Of a stretch of 30,661 nt of DNA, positions 15,170 to 24,571 are shown one piece after another. A program made the translations under genes and the position numbers. Numbering within the stretch: position 1 is the stretch's first letter; the number at the start of each line of letters is the position of its first letter. Below the pieces are notes generated by a model. That model was not told the DNA's origin. It was given only the letters and a program-made list of their open reading frames with translations, and made no database searches. The stretch spans positions 1 through 30,661 of IMG/VR virus record IMGVR_UViG_3300004369_000087; one strand, 5' to 3'. This DNA is from a virus. Its lineage: Duplodnaviria > Caudoviricetes.

Positions 15170-15416
15170 CAGCAATGAGGCCGCTGTGACTGAAGAGGCG
15201 CAGCCGGTGAAGACGGAGAAGAAGAAGGCACCGAAGGTTGACCCCAATGCTCTACCGGTGAGCGTCTGGGTTGCGAACGCGGAGGCTGCACTTGGCCAGC
15301 GTCCCGAAATTGTTCGCGCCGCTCTTTATTTGGATGGTCGTGATACATACAATCGCGACCAAGTGAATACTGCGGTAAACAAGTTCATGCAACGACCGGT
15401 TGAGCAGGAGGGTTAA
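15153..15416 (+). CDS. Small protein resembling YqzN/YkzM-like pre-sheath proteins
   Basis: LGQRPEIVRAAL....TY....V...VNKFM.RPV motif directly upstream of an XkdK-like sheath. Confidence 0.55.
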   Translation: MSKLTDSNEAAVTEEAQPVKTEKKKAPKVDPNALPVSVWVANAEAALGQRPEIVRAALYLDGRDTYNRDQVNTAVNKFMQRPVEQEG

Positions 15417-15420
15417 ATAG

Positions 15421-16863
15421 ATGCCTCTCGGAGGAACTTGGTCTAGCGTTGACCCGCCACAGCGTGCGGGTCTGTTCGTCAACGTGGACACCGTTCCCGC
15501 GACGGCACCGGTCGCTGACTCTTCTGGGGTCATGGGCCTTGTCGTCACGGCGGACTGGGGTCCGGCCAACACTATTGTGAATATTTCGGCAGCCAGCGAG
15601 GCTGCTGCTTATTATGGCATCGGCTCTGATGCTGAGTTTGCCATCAATTCGGCCCTCCGTGGTGAGGGCCTTCCGGGGCGTGGTGGCGCAAGCACCGTCC
15701 GCGTATACCGTGCCGCTGCTTCTTCGGCAGCGAAGGCTTCTGTTGGCCTTGATAACACGGCAGCGCCCCCGACTGTTGCAATCACGCTTACTGCCCTTTA
15801 TCAGGGAACCCGTGGGAACAACTTCACGGTGACCGTGCAGACGAACGCTGTTGACTCGTCGCTTAAGGACATTCTTATCTACGAGGGTACGACCCTCCGT
15901 GAGTCGTACACGTCGCTTGACCCCGCTGAGATTGCTGACATCGTTGATGTCATTAATGGCCAGTCGGTTCTGGTGACCGCTGCTGCTGGTGTTACTGGGT
16001 CGCCTCTTGCAAACGTGAGCAACGACGCATTCACGGGTGGCGCTTCAGGCTCTTCGCTTACCAGCACCGAGCACGCCGCTGCGCAGTCTGCCTTTGAGGC
16101 GTCAAGCACCTTCACGGCGTTTGCGGTCCACGGGCTGACTGACAGCACCATTATGGGAACTTACGCTGGCTGGTCAGACCGCCTGAACAGCGAGGGCAAG
16201 ACCTTCGTCATGGTTGTTGGTGGAAATCTTGGCGAGGCTACTACTTCTGCGATTAGCCGCACGACGAGCCTTGACAGCGCCTACGTGGTGAACATCTACG
16301 GCGACCTCACCATTGACGGTGTTCAGTACAAGTCTGCCGATACGGCTGCGCGTGTGGCGGGAATGATTGCTTCGGCTGGCGCTTTCCGGTCGGTGTCGTT
16401 CTCGCAGGTTCCTGACGCGAGCATGGACTCTTCCCCGACCAACGCTCAGATTGAGACGCTGGTCCGTGGTTCGGTAATGCCATTCTTCTTCGATGGGACG
16501 ACCGTGCGCTTGCAGCGTGCCCGCACTACGCTTCGCACGACGAGTGTCACGAAGCCTGAGAAGTTCAAGTCGCTTCTCTTTGTCCGCAAGGTGCAGGAGA
16601 CCCTTCGCGGGCTTGACGCTGTTGCCCTCAGCATTCTGGGCAGCGCGGGCGCGATTAACACTGAGGCTGGTCGCGCCTCCATTCTGGCTATGTTCCGTGC
16701 GAAGTTGGAGGAACTTATCCAGCGTGGCATCGCCCTTCCGGGTGGGAACGTCTACTACGACGAGTCTTACGACAACACGGGCGAGTCCCTGTACATCGTC
16801 TTCGCGATTGATATGGCCCCCGGCGTTGAGCAGATTCTTGGCCGCATCGCGATTCCGGCCTAG
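15421..16863 (+). CDS. Contractile tail sheath protein (XkdK-like)
   Basis: MPLGGTW....RAGLFVN, ADWGPAN, ALYQGTRGN motifs; 480 aa. Confidence 0.92.
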   Translation: MPLGGTWSSVDPPQRAGLFVNVDTVPATAPVADSSGVMGLVVTADWGPANTIVNISAASEAAAYYGIGSDAEFAINSALRGEGLPGRGGASTVRVYRAAASSAAKASVGLDNTAAPPTVAITLTALYQGTRGNNFTVTVQTNAVDSSLKDILIYEGTTLRESYTSLDPAEIADIVDVINGQSVLVTAAAGVTGSPLANVSNDAFTGGASGSSLTSTEHAAAQSAFEASSTFTAFAVHGLTDSTIMGTYAGWSDRLNSEGKTFVMVVGGNLGEATTSAISRTTSLDSAYVVNIYGDLTIDGVQYKSADTAARVAGMIASAGAFRSVSFSQVPDASMDSSPTNAQIETLVRGSVMPFFFDGTTVRLQRARTTLRTTSVTKPEKFKSLLFVRKVQETLRGLDAVALSILGSAGAINTEAGRASILAMFRAKLEELIQRGIALPGGNVYYDESYDNTGESLYIVFAIDMAPGVEQILGRIAIPA

Positions 16864-16880
16864 CGGGAGGCGCTTAGGTT

Positions 16881-17402
16881 ATGTCTACTAATTCAATTCC
16901 TGATGTCTACCCAATCCACGGTCGGTTTGGGGAGTTGTACGTCGGTTCTCAGGTCGTTGCAGAGTGCACCGGCATTGAGTTCAATGTCGAAATTGAGCAG
17001 GTTGAGGTCAATCAGGTTGGTGCTCGCTGGACACGGCAGATGCCGGGCCGCGTCAGCGGTAGCGGTACCCTGAACCTCCTTAAGGTCTATTCGATTTGGG
17101 AGGACGTTGTTATCAACTACGCCTCGCAGTCGGTGAGCGACCTTCGCGCTGAGCGCGACGCGGGCCGCAAGGCGTTCCCGTCGTTTACTCTGCTGGTGGA
17201 GTTGAATGATCCCAACGCTCTCCAGTCCAAGGCTGAGAGCACTACCCTTAAGGGCGTGCGCTTCTTCCAGATGACTGGTGGCTTTCAGGTCGCAGACCTG
17301 ATTAACCGCGATATGCCGTTCTCTTTCTCTGGCATTGAGCGCACTCAGGCTATTCAGGCCCCGCCGGGATACACCATCCCGACGTACACGCCCGACGCCT
17401 AA
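16881..17402 (+). CDS. Tail tube protein (XkdM-like)
   Basis: IHGRFGELY, GSGTL.L.KVYS, L.DP...E...L.GV.F, PFSFS motifs. Confidence 0.88.
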   Translation: MSTNSIPDVYPIHGRFGELYVGSQVVAECTGIEFNVEIEQVEVNQVGARWTRQMPGRVSGSGTLNLLKVYSIWEDVVINYASQSVSDLRAERDAGRKAFPSFTLLVELNDPNALQSKAESTTLKGVRFFQMTGGFQVADLINRDMPFSFSGIERTQAIQAPPGYTIPTYTPDA

Positions 17403-17413
17403 CCGGAAAAAAT

Positions 17414-17441
17414 AAGGGGGGGCTGAAAAGCCCCCCCTTCT
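17414..17441 (+). terminator. Strong hairpin (terminator/attenuator) after tail tube gene
   Basis: AAGGGGGGGCT-GAAA-AGCCCCCCCTT 11-bp stem with GNRA loop; short U tract. Confidence 0.65.
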
Positions 17442-17458
17442 AAAATAAGGAGACACCA

Positions 17459-17884
17459 ATGCCCTCTGGTGATTCCCCGGTTGAGGTGGCCCATGAGGCT
17501 ACTAAGACCGCTCTTGATGCGTTTCTTTCTGCCGACCCTAATCGGCCAAAGGCAACGCGCACGCTCCATATCAAGTCGCTTGACACCGACGTGGTAATCC
17601 GCGAGGTCAGTGACCGCGAAATGGAGACTGTCCAGCAGCGCTCTCAGTCGAAGAACCTTTCGGCAATTGACACCAACGCAGAGGTTGTTGGTATTGCGCT
17701 TGTGGACCCCGACCTTTCCAGTCCTGATGTTATGGAGAGGTTTTCTGAGAAGTTCGGTGGTTTTGTGACCCCAGCCGACATTGTGAAGTCGGTTATGAAG
17801 CCGTTTGAGGTCATGCGGCTTGGCGAGGAGGTCATGGACCTTTCAGGTGCCGGAGACGATGCGGTAACTCAGGCAAAAAACTGA
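17459..17884 (+). CDS. Tail assembly chaperone (XkdN-like), short form
   Basis: LVDPDL...L.PFEV..L...V.DLSG......AKN ending; between tube and tape measure. Confidence 0.85.
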   Translation: MPSGDSPVEVAHEATKTALDAFLSADPNRPKATRTLHIKSLDTDVVIREVSDREMETVQQRSQSKNLSAIDTNAEVVGIALVDPDLSSPDVMERFSEKFGGFVTPADIVKSVMKPFEVMRLGEEVMDLSGAGDDAVTQAKN

Positions 17885-18096
17885 TTGAGGCGGGGGGCCT
17901 CGCTGGGGCATTATGTGCCCTAATGAGGTGGGGAGTGACAGACCTGTATCGGTTCTACAACATGCCTAGTATTTCGGCAGACGGGACGCTCCCGCCCCCG
18001 CCCAGTCCCCGTCGCCTTCAGGCGTTCTATCTCGCGTGCGCAATCGTCCTTAATGAGAGGGAGGAAGCGCTCGCGAAGATTGGTTTTGGTGGATAG
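17875..18096 (+). CDS. -1 frameshift extension of tail assembly chaperone (gpGT-like long form 17459..18096)
   Basis: Slippery A AAA AAC at 17875-17881; -1 frame (KLIEAGGLAGALCALMRWGV...KIGFGG) is open to TAG 18094-18096, abutting the tape measure ATG. Confidence 0.85.
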   Translation, partial: KKLIEAGGLAGALCALMRWGVTDLYRFYNMPSISADGTLPPPPSPRRLQAFYLACAIVLNEREEALAKIGFGG

Positions 18097-20583
18097 ATGG
18101 CTCGCGTAGAGGCAGTCTTTGCGCTTCGTGACGATATGTCGTCAAAGTTGCGCTCGCTTTCAACGACCGCAAAGGGCACAGAGACTGCCCTGCGCAGCCT
18201 TCGGACTGAAGTCAACAAACTTATCGAGCGCCTAAGGGTTCTTGACAGGAACGACGTCACCGTCCGCATCCGGACGTCTGGTGTTGCACAGACGAACGCC
18301 CAGATTACGAGCGTTCAGCGCCGCGTAAGCCGACTTGATGGCTCTACTGCCACCGTCCGAATTAGGACTGTAAGGGAGACTGTCGGTGGCGGTGGTGGGG
18401 GAGACTTTACGAGTCCGGAAGTAAGCCCCGAACTGCGCATTCCCGGCACTGACATTAGTTCTCGCGGTGCGGCAAGAACGATTCGTTACTTTGAACTTCG
18501 CTCTCGGATTATTTATGGCCTGTTGATTGGTTCACTTGGTGCGCTTGGACCGCTCACAACCGCAGTCCAGTCGCTTGGTTTGCTTGTTCAGGCGACCGCA
18601 TCTGGGTTCCTCGCGCTTGGCGGTGCAGCAGCAGCGGCCTTTGCTATTGGCTCAAAGTTCTTTACTGATTATGCCGACAAGACGAAGGAGCAGATGAATG
18701 AATCTGAGCGTGCTCTCTTCGACTCTATTGAGCGAATCAAGAAGGCTTTTAATCAGGTCGTTTCTGAAGACGAACTGAAGAGGTTTGGGTATCTCTCTGC
18801 CGCTTTTGTTGATATGGGGACGCGGATTCTCCCCCTGTTGGACAAGCCTCTTGAGCGGTTTCTTACTACTTTTGAGCGCCTTCAGAAGAGGTTTGAGGAA
18901 TCTTTCTTTGAGCCTCGCAATGCGAGCCTGTTCAAGAACGCGATTGCGCCGCTCCCGAAGCAGTTTGAGTCACTTTCCGCTGCTGCTGGTCAGTTTGGCC
19001 GTATTCTTCTTGGGCTTCAGGTCGCGGCGGCACCAGTCGTTACACGCCTTTTCCAAGACATCGAAAAGTATCTTGGACGGAAGGCTGACTATCGGACAAG
19101 CGCTGAGGGCCTTCGCAAGAGCCGTGACTTCTTCCGTGATATGCGCCCAATTCTTGACCGTGTAAGTCGGTCGTTTGGCAACATTTACGACAACCTTGCG
19201 TTTATTGGGCGTGAGGGGAGAAGTTCTGTAATCCCAATTCTTGACGCATTCGACAACCTTGTTGACTCAATTGGAGTTGTTCTTGGCGCGGGTGCCCGCG
19301 ACTTCGGGCAGTCGCTTGCTGGTTTGATTAACAACCTTGCTGACATTATTGATGTTGTTGGCCCTGCGGTTCTTAAGTGGCTTGGTCGTCTCGCCGCCGC
19401 TGTTTCAAACATCCTTGACGTCGGGCGCGGTCTCCCCGGTTGGGTTAAGGGTGTTGGAACCGCGCTTGTGGCATTTTTGGTTCTTCGCAGGATTGTCCCC
19501 GGTATGGGTGCCTTCGTGACTCTTCTTGGTCGCATGGTGAAGTTGCTGATGACGAAGGGTCTTGAGACTGCGATTGGCAGGTTTGGTGGACTTGCACGCC
19601 TTCCTCTGCCCGGAACCGGCGGAACGATTGGTGACCGGGTTGGCCGTGTGGGAGTTGTGCCGGTTCGCATTGTCGGCTCAGTTGTTCTTCCTGTAACGAT
19701 GGTTACGGGTCCGCCCGGTGGACCTGTTGTTACCCCGACCCCCGGAGGAGACGGCAAGGGCAAGGGCAAGGGCGGCAAGGGCGCGGCGCTTGGTCGCGCT
19801 GGACTTCGCGCCATACCCGGACTTGGAACCGTGCTTGGCGGTTTGGAGGCCGCCACGATTTTGTCCGACGAGGGTCCATTTAGTAAGCAGGCAACACCAC
19901 AGACGATGGCTGTTTCCAGAATGCTTGCCGCTCAATCTGCTGGCAACAAGGGTAAGGGAATTGTTGAGGGAGTCCTTGACGGCATCCCCGCAACAAAGCA
20001 GTCCGCAGCGGGTTTGAGAACTCAGGTTATGACTGAAATTAAGAAGTTGCCGCCTGAAATGCAGACGGCAGCGGCTGACGGTGCTGCAAAGTTTATTTCT
20101 GAGTTGGAGTCCAAGAACACTCTTGCCACCGGCTCAACTCAGGTTTTCCTTGAGGGCGCACGTAGTGAGATTGCCAAGTTCAAGGAAGAAATCGCTGCGA
20201 TTATGCGCGACCTTGAGACTGTTCGTGCGGGGCAGGCGGCTACTGCCGGTGCTTTCTTGGGTGGCATGGCGGGACCTGTTCCCGAGAGGAACGCACGCGG
20301 TGGGATTATTACCGGCCTGACCCTTTCTACGCTTGGTGAGCGCGGCCCAGAGGCAGTTATCCCGCTTACAAACCGCGCCCGCCGTGAGCAAATCATGCGC
20401 GAGGCCGGAATGGGCGAGAGGCCCGCACGAGGGCAGCGGGCCTCTTCGCCCCTTGTTCAAATTGGGAGCGTCACTGTTAATGACGGTTCGGATATGGACT
20501 CTTTTGTTTCACGCCTTGAGAGCGCAGTCCGTCGCGGACTTACGAACCTCCCCCACGCAGACGCTGAGGCGATGCTGGCATGA
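18097..20583 (+). CDS. Tape measure protein
   Basis: 828 aa, helical Ala/Gly/Leu-rich with hydrophobic segments; C-terminal ARGG......LGERGPEAVIPL motif. Confidence 0.9.
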   Translation: MARVEAVFALRDDMSSKLRSLSTTAKGTETALRSLRTEVNKLIERLRVLDRNDVTVRIRTSGVAQTNAQITSVQRRVSRLDGSTATVRIRTVRETVGGGGGGDFTSPEVSPELRIPGTDISSRGAARTIRYFELRSRIIYGLLIGSLGALGPLTTAVQSLGLLVQATASGFLALGGAAAAAFAIGSKFFTDYADKTKEQMNESERALFDSIERIKKAFNQVVSEDELKRFGYLSAAFVDMGTRILPLLDKPLERFLTTFERLQKRFEESFFEPRNASLFKNAIAPLPKQFESLSAAAGQFGRILLGLQVAAAPVVTRLFQDIEKYLGRKADYRTSAEGLRKSRDFFRDMRPILDRVSRSFGNIYDNLAFIGREGRSSVIPILDAFDNLVDSIGVVLGAGARDFGQSLAGLINNLADIIDVVGPAVLKWLGRLAAAVSNILDVGRGLPGWVKGVGTALVAFLVLRRIVPGMGAFVTLLGRMVKLLMTKGLETAIGRFGGLARLPLPGTGGTIGDRVGRVGVVPVRIVGSVVLPVTMVTGPPGGPVVTPTPGGDGKGKGKGGKGAALGRAGLRAIPGLGTVLGGLEAATILSDEGPFSKQATPQTMAVSRMLAAQSAGNKGKGIVEGVLDGIPATKQSAAGLRTQVMTEIKKLPPEMQTAAADGAAKFISELESKNTLATGSTQVFLEGARSEIAKFKEEIAAIMRDLETVRAGQAATAGAFLGGMAGPVPERNARGGIITGLTLSTLGERGPEAVIPLTNRARREQIMREAGMGERPARGQRASSPLVQIGSVTVNDGSDMDSFVSRLESAVRRGLTNLPHADAEAMLA

Positions 20584-21626
20584 GTGTCCTTAACCTGACA
20601 AAGGCGAAGAGCGCCCCCAACGGGCGGATTCTCGTTTGGAATCCATCAAAGCGTGGTGGTTCTGGTTGGACGTGGCTTCACCTTCTTAACTCAAAGAGCG
20701 ACCTTCGCCCTTGGGGTGGCCCGCGTGCACCTCAGGCCGGGGCATCTGCTGCGACAAAGCGTGCACATGCAACATTTCTGTCACAACTCAGAAACCGCGC
20801 CCAGTATTTGGTGCTCAACGGGCCATCGGGAGAGGAGGGCGGGGCACCGGGCGAGGGCTATTCCTCACGTGGCTCTGGCGGGAACATTGTTGATGTTGAG
20901 TCAATCGCACGCTCAGTCAGGATTGTCTCTGACTCGCTCACAAAGACGACCCTTCCCGCTGTTGGTTTGTGGTTCCCTGTGTCACCAGAGTCATACGAGG
21001 TAAGTAATACGTATGACTGGGAAGAGGTTGACATCATTGGTCTTGGAAGGACGGCACACTCTGGAATCAAGGGACTGCCGTCTATCCAGATTGAGGCGAT
21101 TCTTCCGGGCGAATACGACCCTGCCTACTGCTTGGGAATTACGAGTCAGGAGTATTTCCAGACACCTGCGCAGTGGATTAAGTACGCGAATGAACTCGCT
21201 GAGCGAATGGATGTGTTCCGGCTTGTTGTTGGGAACAGGCGTTCGTATGAGGGGTCTACTGACTACTCGTTCAACGAACTAATGAGGATTACAGAAATTA
21301 CGTGGGGCGAAGTCGCTGGTATGCCGTTTGACCGGAGGATTCGCGTTTCGTTTTCTGGTTACCGGAAGCAGTCAATTCAGTTTGCTGGTGGCGCGTATGC
21401 CCTTTCACGCAACCTCCCTAAGGTTCACAAGGTCAAGAAGGGCGAGGACTACCAAGACATTGCCAAGAAGTATTACGGCGACGTTTCTCTCTGGAAGTAT
21501 GTTGCCGACCACAACAACGACTCGTTCTCAAAGAGGGTGAGGAGTTGGACCAGCAAGACCCGCAAGCAGGCATACGAAATCTCTTTTACGAAGAAGAGCA
21601 TCAAGTTGCCGCGCCCAAGGAGTTAG
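20580..21626 (+). CDS. LysM-domain tail tube initiator/baseplate protein (XkdP-like)
   Basis: FPVSPE, I.GLG; C-terminal LysM HKVKKGEDYQDIAKKYYGDVSLWKYVADHN. Confidence 0.85.
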   Translation: MSVLNLTKAKSAPNGRILVWNPSKRGGSGWTWLHLLNSKSDLRPWGGPRAPQAGASAATKRAHATFLSQLRNRAQYLVLNGPSGEEGGAPGEGYSSRGSGGNIVDVESIARSVRIVSDSLTKTTLPAVGLWFPVSPESYEVSNTYDWEEVDIIGLGRTAHSGIKGLPSIQIEAILPGEYDPAYCLGITSQEYFQTPAQWIKYANELAERMDVFRLVVGNRRSYEGSTDYSFNELMRITEITWGEVAGMPFDRRIRVSFSGYRKQSIQFAGGAYALSRNLPKVHKVKKGEDYQDIAKKYYGDVSLWKYVADHNNDSFSKRVRSWTSKTRKQAYEISFTKKSIKLPRPRS

Positions 21627-21629
21627 GCA

Positions 21630-23819
21630 GTGACGGTCCTTGACGTACCCCTCCGGCCCGGTGTTCTCTCTGAGATTGAGGTCACCGCCTATCCCTACAA
21701 GTCTCAGCCCATACTTTTGAAGGATGTGATTTCTGGTATTGAGATTCGTGACGAGGCTGCACGATGTGCCGTAGAGGTCGCGATAACGCTTGACGATGTT
21801 CGGGGAATTGCAAAGACGCTTGCCCCCGGAACTTGGCTGACTATTGAAGGTCGTTCGCCAATAAACGGCAAGCGAATCAACATGACTCCACGGCTCTACG
21901 TCTGGGAAAGGTCTGTATCCGACAGCAGGCTTCGCAGCGGGACAGTCACTGCCCTTGACACGGTTTCGTTTCTCCAGCGTCAAGGTACCCGGAACTTTAT
22001 CTTTCGGAAGACAAAGTCTAAGAAGGACGGATGGACCGCTTCTGAGATTGCGGCAAACATCCTTGAGCAGTATGGGCTTGCTCGCTTTGCGATGATTACC
22101 CCAACGTCATACAGGATTAAGTGGTTCAACCTTCAGGATGTAACCCCATATGAAGCAATCCTGAAGGCGTACATGAGGGATAAGCAGATTACTGGCGCTT
22201 CGTATCGAATTCGCGCAGGTAGGTCTTCCAGAAACCCAGAGGGCGGGATTCTCAACCCCGGGATGATTGTCATTGAGCCTGTCGTCTATCAGGACTATCG
22301 GTGGGCGCTTACTGACGAGCAGAACATTATTTCTGCCGACAGGACCGAATCGCTTGATGAGTTTGCAAGCGAGTACACCGGTCTTGTTGTGAACTCTGAC
22401 GGCAAGCAGGTTGCTAGCGTCACAGTCTCTGATTCGAACGCAACTGCACGGTACGGACGGATTAGAAAGTTCGAAGTTCTTCCAAAGAACACCCGCGCCA
22501 AGGATGCCCGGCGTGCTGCGCAGCGCGAACTTAGGAAGAACCTTTCACTTAAGCGAACTGCGAAGATTGAGGCGGTTGGAAGTCCAACTCTACGCGCAAG
22601 CGACCTTGTTTATATCCGCGACAATGGCACGGGCCTTGATGGCAACTATTTTGTTGCTTCGGTAGACCACAGTATTGGTCCCGGGGGCCACACAATGACG
22701 GTGGAGTTGTCTTACACCGCCAAGTTCCCGGAGGCTGAGGTATCTGAAGATGAATACAATCCAGCCGCACGCACCACTCGCGTTGGCCCCGGTTCTCCTA
22801 CTGGTGCTGCGCCCGGTGCAATCAACTACAGCGGTCTTATGGGTGAGCGTGCTGTGCAGTGGGCGTCAACTCAGCAGGGCGTTCCATATGTGTGGGGTGG
22901 GACAACGCCGAACAAGGGGCTTGACTGCTCAGGTCTTACGATGCTTGCGTGGAAGTACGGTGCAAATGTAAGCATCCCTCGCGTTACTTACGACCAGATT
23001 AAGATCGGCGAGAGCGTCCCGTCTATTTCTCAAGCCGCGCCCGGCGACCTTGTCTTTTACGGCGATGGCCACAACGCCCTTTATGCTGGAGGTGGCAAAC
23101 AGTGGGAGGCTCGCAGGACGGGAACGCGGATTTCTCTTAACCCTGTCCGTGGTGGGATAACCTCAATTCGTAGGCCGGTACCACTTAGCCGTCAGGGGAC
23201 CGGGACTGAAACTGGCTCTGGTGGTGGTACAACCTCTGCTGGTTCGCGCATCGCAAGGTCTTCTGCTGTTGGTGACGAGTGGGCGAAGTCTGTTGGTGAG
23301 GAAGAGACGAGCATCGGGTATCCGACAGGTGGAGCGTCTGGCCAGATTGAGCCGCGCCTCAACGAGGCAATTATCCAACAGCAGTTGCGCAAGATTGGTG
23401 CAGAGGCTTTCTTCGTAAACCTTGCTGGCTCTTTCTTGCAGTACGGTGATGACTACGCAGTTGACCCGCTGTTCTTGGTTTCAATCGCCGTTTATGAGAG
23501 CAACGCCGGTAAGTACGGTCCTGCGCAGAGGACGAGAAATATCACCGGGTACGGCGGCGGGCCATCAAGTAAGTCATTTAACTCATTTGATGAGTGCATC
23601 GCCGCAACCGCTGGGCCTTCTCTTTTGCAGGGCGCAGAGTATGAACAGCGTGAAACTATTGACCAGATTTCTGAGCGATATGCCCTCTCCAGCGGGGTAA
23701 CAAACTCCCCAAGTGTTTGGGCAGCAAACGTTAAGCGCATTTACCGCGAGATTTCTGGTGGTAACCCGTCTGCACCGGTGCGCGGGAAGGGATACATGGA
23801 GAGGATTCTTGCCAGATAG
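21630..23819 (+). CDS. Baseplate hub (XkdQ-like) fused to NlpC/P60 peptidase and lysozyme-fold (glucosaminidase-like) domain
   Basis: Hub region ending in G.YFV.SVDH.I...GHTMTVEL; GVPYVWGG....GLDCSGL...PGDLVFY..GH; YAVDPLFLVSIAVYESN.G. Confidence 0.88.
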   Translation: MTVLDVPLRPGVLSEIEVTAYPYKSQPILLKDVISGIEIRDEAARCAVEVAITLDDVRGIAKTLAPGTWLTIEGRSPINGKRINMTPRLYVWERSVSDSRLRSGTVTALDTVSFLQRQGTRNFIFRKTKSKKDGWTASEIAANILEQYGLARFAMITPTSYRIKWFNLQDVTPYEAILKAYMRDKQITGASYRIRAGRSSRNPEGGILNPGMIVIEPVVYQDYRWALTDEQNIISADRTESLDEFASEYTGLVVNSDGKQVASVTVSDSNATARYGRIRKFEVLPKNTRAKDARRAAQRELRKNLSLKRTAKIEAVGSPTLRASDLVYIRDNGTGLDGNYFVASVDHSIGPGGHTMTVELSYTAKFPEAEVSEDEYNPAARTTRVGPGSPTGAAPGAINYSGLMGERAVQWASTQQGVPYVWGGTTPNKGLDCSGLTMLAWKYGANVSIPRVTYDQIKIGESVPSISQAAPGDLVFYGDGHNALYAGGGKQWEARRTGTRISLNPVRGGITSIRRPVPLSRQGTGTETGSGGGTTSAGSRIARSSAVGDEWAKSVGEEETSIGYPTGGASGQIEPRLNEAIIQQQLRKIGAEAFFVNLAGSFLQYGDDYAVDPLFLVSIAVYESNAGKYGPAQRTRNITGYGGGPSSKSFNSFDECIAATAGPSLLQGAEYEQRETIDQISERYALSSGVTNSPSVWAANVKRIYREISGGNPSAPVRGKGYMERILAR

Positions 23820-24078
23820 CGTAGACAACTTGGCCGCTTCACTAATCGCTATGGTTGATGACCGCTCTGGGGGGAATATTGACCGCTCTGTCCCCAAGGT
23901 TGATATTGGGCGCGTTGTCTCGTCTAACCCGGTGAGGGTCAATATTCAAGGACTTAGATTGACGCTGGAAGAGGAGGACTTTGTGACAGCACATGGTTAC
24001 ACTCCAACCGTGGGTCATGTGGTTCTGGTCATCCCTGTGTTTTCTGGCGGGTTTTTTATTATGAGGGCAAGCGCTTAA
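23809..24078 (+). CDS. Baseplate spike-like protein (XkdR/DUF2577-like OB fold)
   Basis: TTG23809 with GGAGAGG RBS; IGRVVSSNPVRV...VGHVVLVIP pattern. Confidence 0.7.
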   Translation: MPDSVDNLAASLIAMVDDRSGGNIDRSVPKVDIGRVVSSNPVRVNIQGLRLTLEEEDFVTAHGYTPTVGHVVLVIPVFSGGFFIMRASA

Positions 24079-24079
24079 A

Positions 24080-24571
24080 TTGGCTTCTACGCTTCCATTT
24101 ATTACTGAGTTCGGCCTCCAGCCCGACCTTCAGCCAGACTACGTTTCTGATGCAACTCAGGTTGACTCAACTCCGCCTTCACCGCTTGGTGTTGACATCG
24201 CACTTGATGCAATCGGGGAAGACCTCCTGCTTACGCCGGAATTTGACCTAAATATTTGCAGCGAGGCCGTTGCTTTGTCGCAGTGGGTTCAGACTGCACT
24301 TATTACCAAGCGTGGAACGGAACTGATTTTCAGCCCAGACTTTGGGAGCGACCTCCCAGACATTATTGGAACGAGCACGTTTACCATCAATGACATCGAA
24401 GAGCAGGTAATCGTTGCCATTGAGTCCGCTCTTTCGTTTCACGACAGGATAGATAATATTCAGAGCGTGAGGATTGGATTCATTGACGACTACCGTCTTG
24501 CTTTTGAGGCGACCGTGATTCTTGACGACAACGCAGTTCTGACGTTTAACGGAGCGACCAGTCTTGGCTGA
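24080..24571 (+). CDS. Baseplate wedge/sheath initiator (XkdS/DUF2634, gp25-like)
   Basis: ALSQWV..AL.T.RG...IFS.DFGSDL, I..AL..HDRI..I motifs. Confidence 0.82.
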   Translation: MASTLPFITEFGLQPDLQPDYVSDATQVDSTPPSPLGVDIALDAIGEDLLLTPEFDLNICSEAVALSQWVQTALITKRGTELIFSPDFGSDLPDIIGTSTFTINDIEEQVIVAIESALSFHDRIDNIQSVRIGFIDDYRLAFEATVILDDNAVLTFNGATSLG

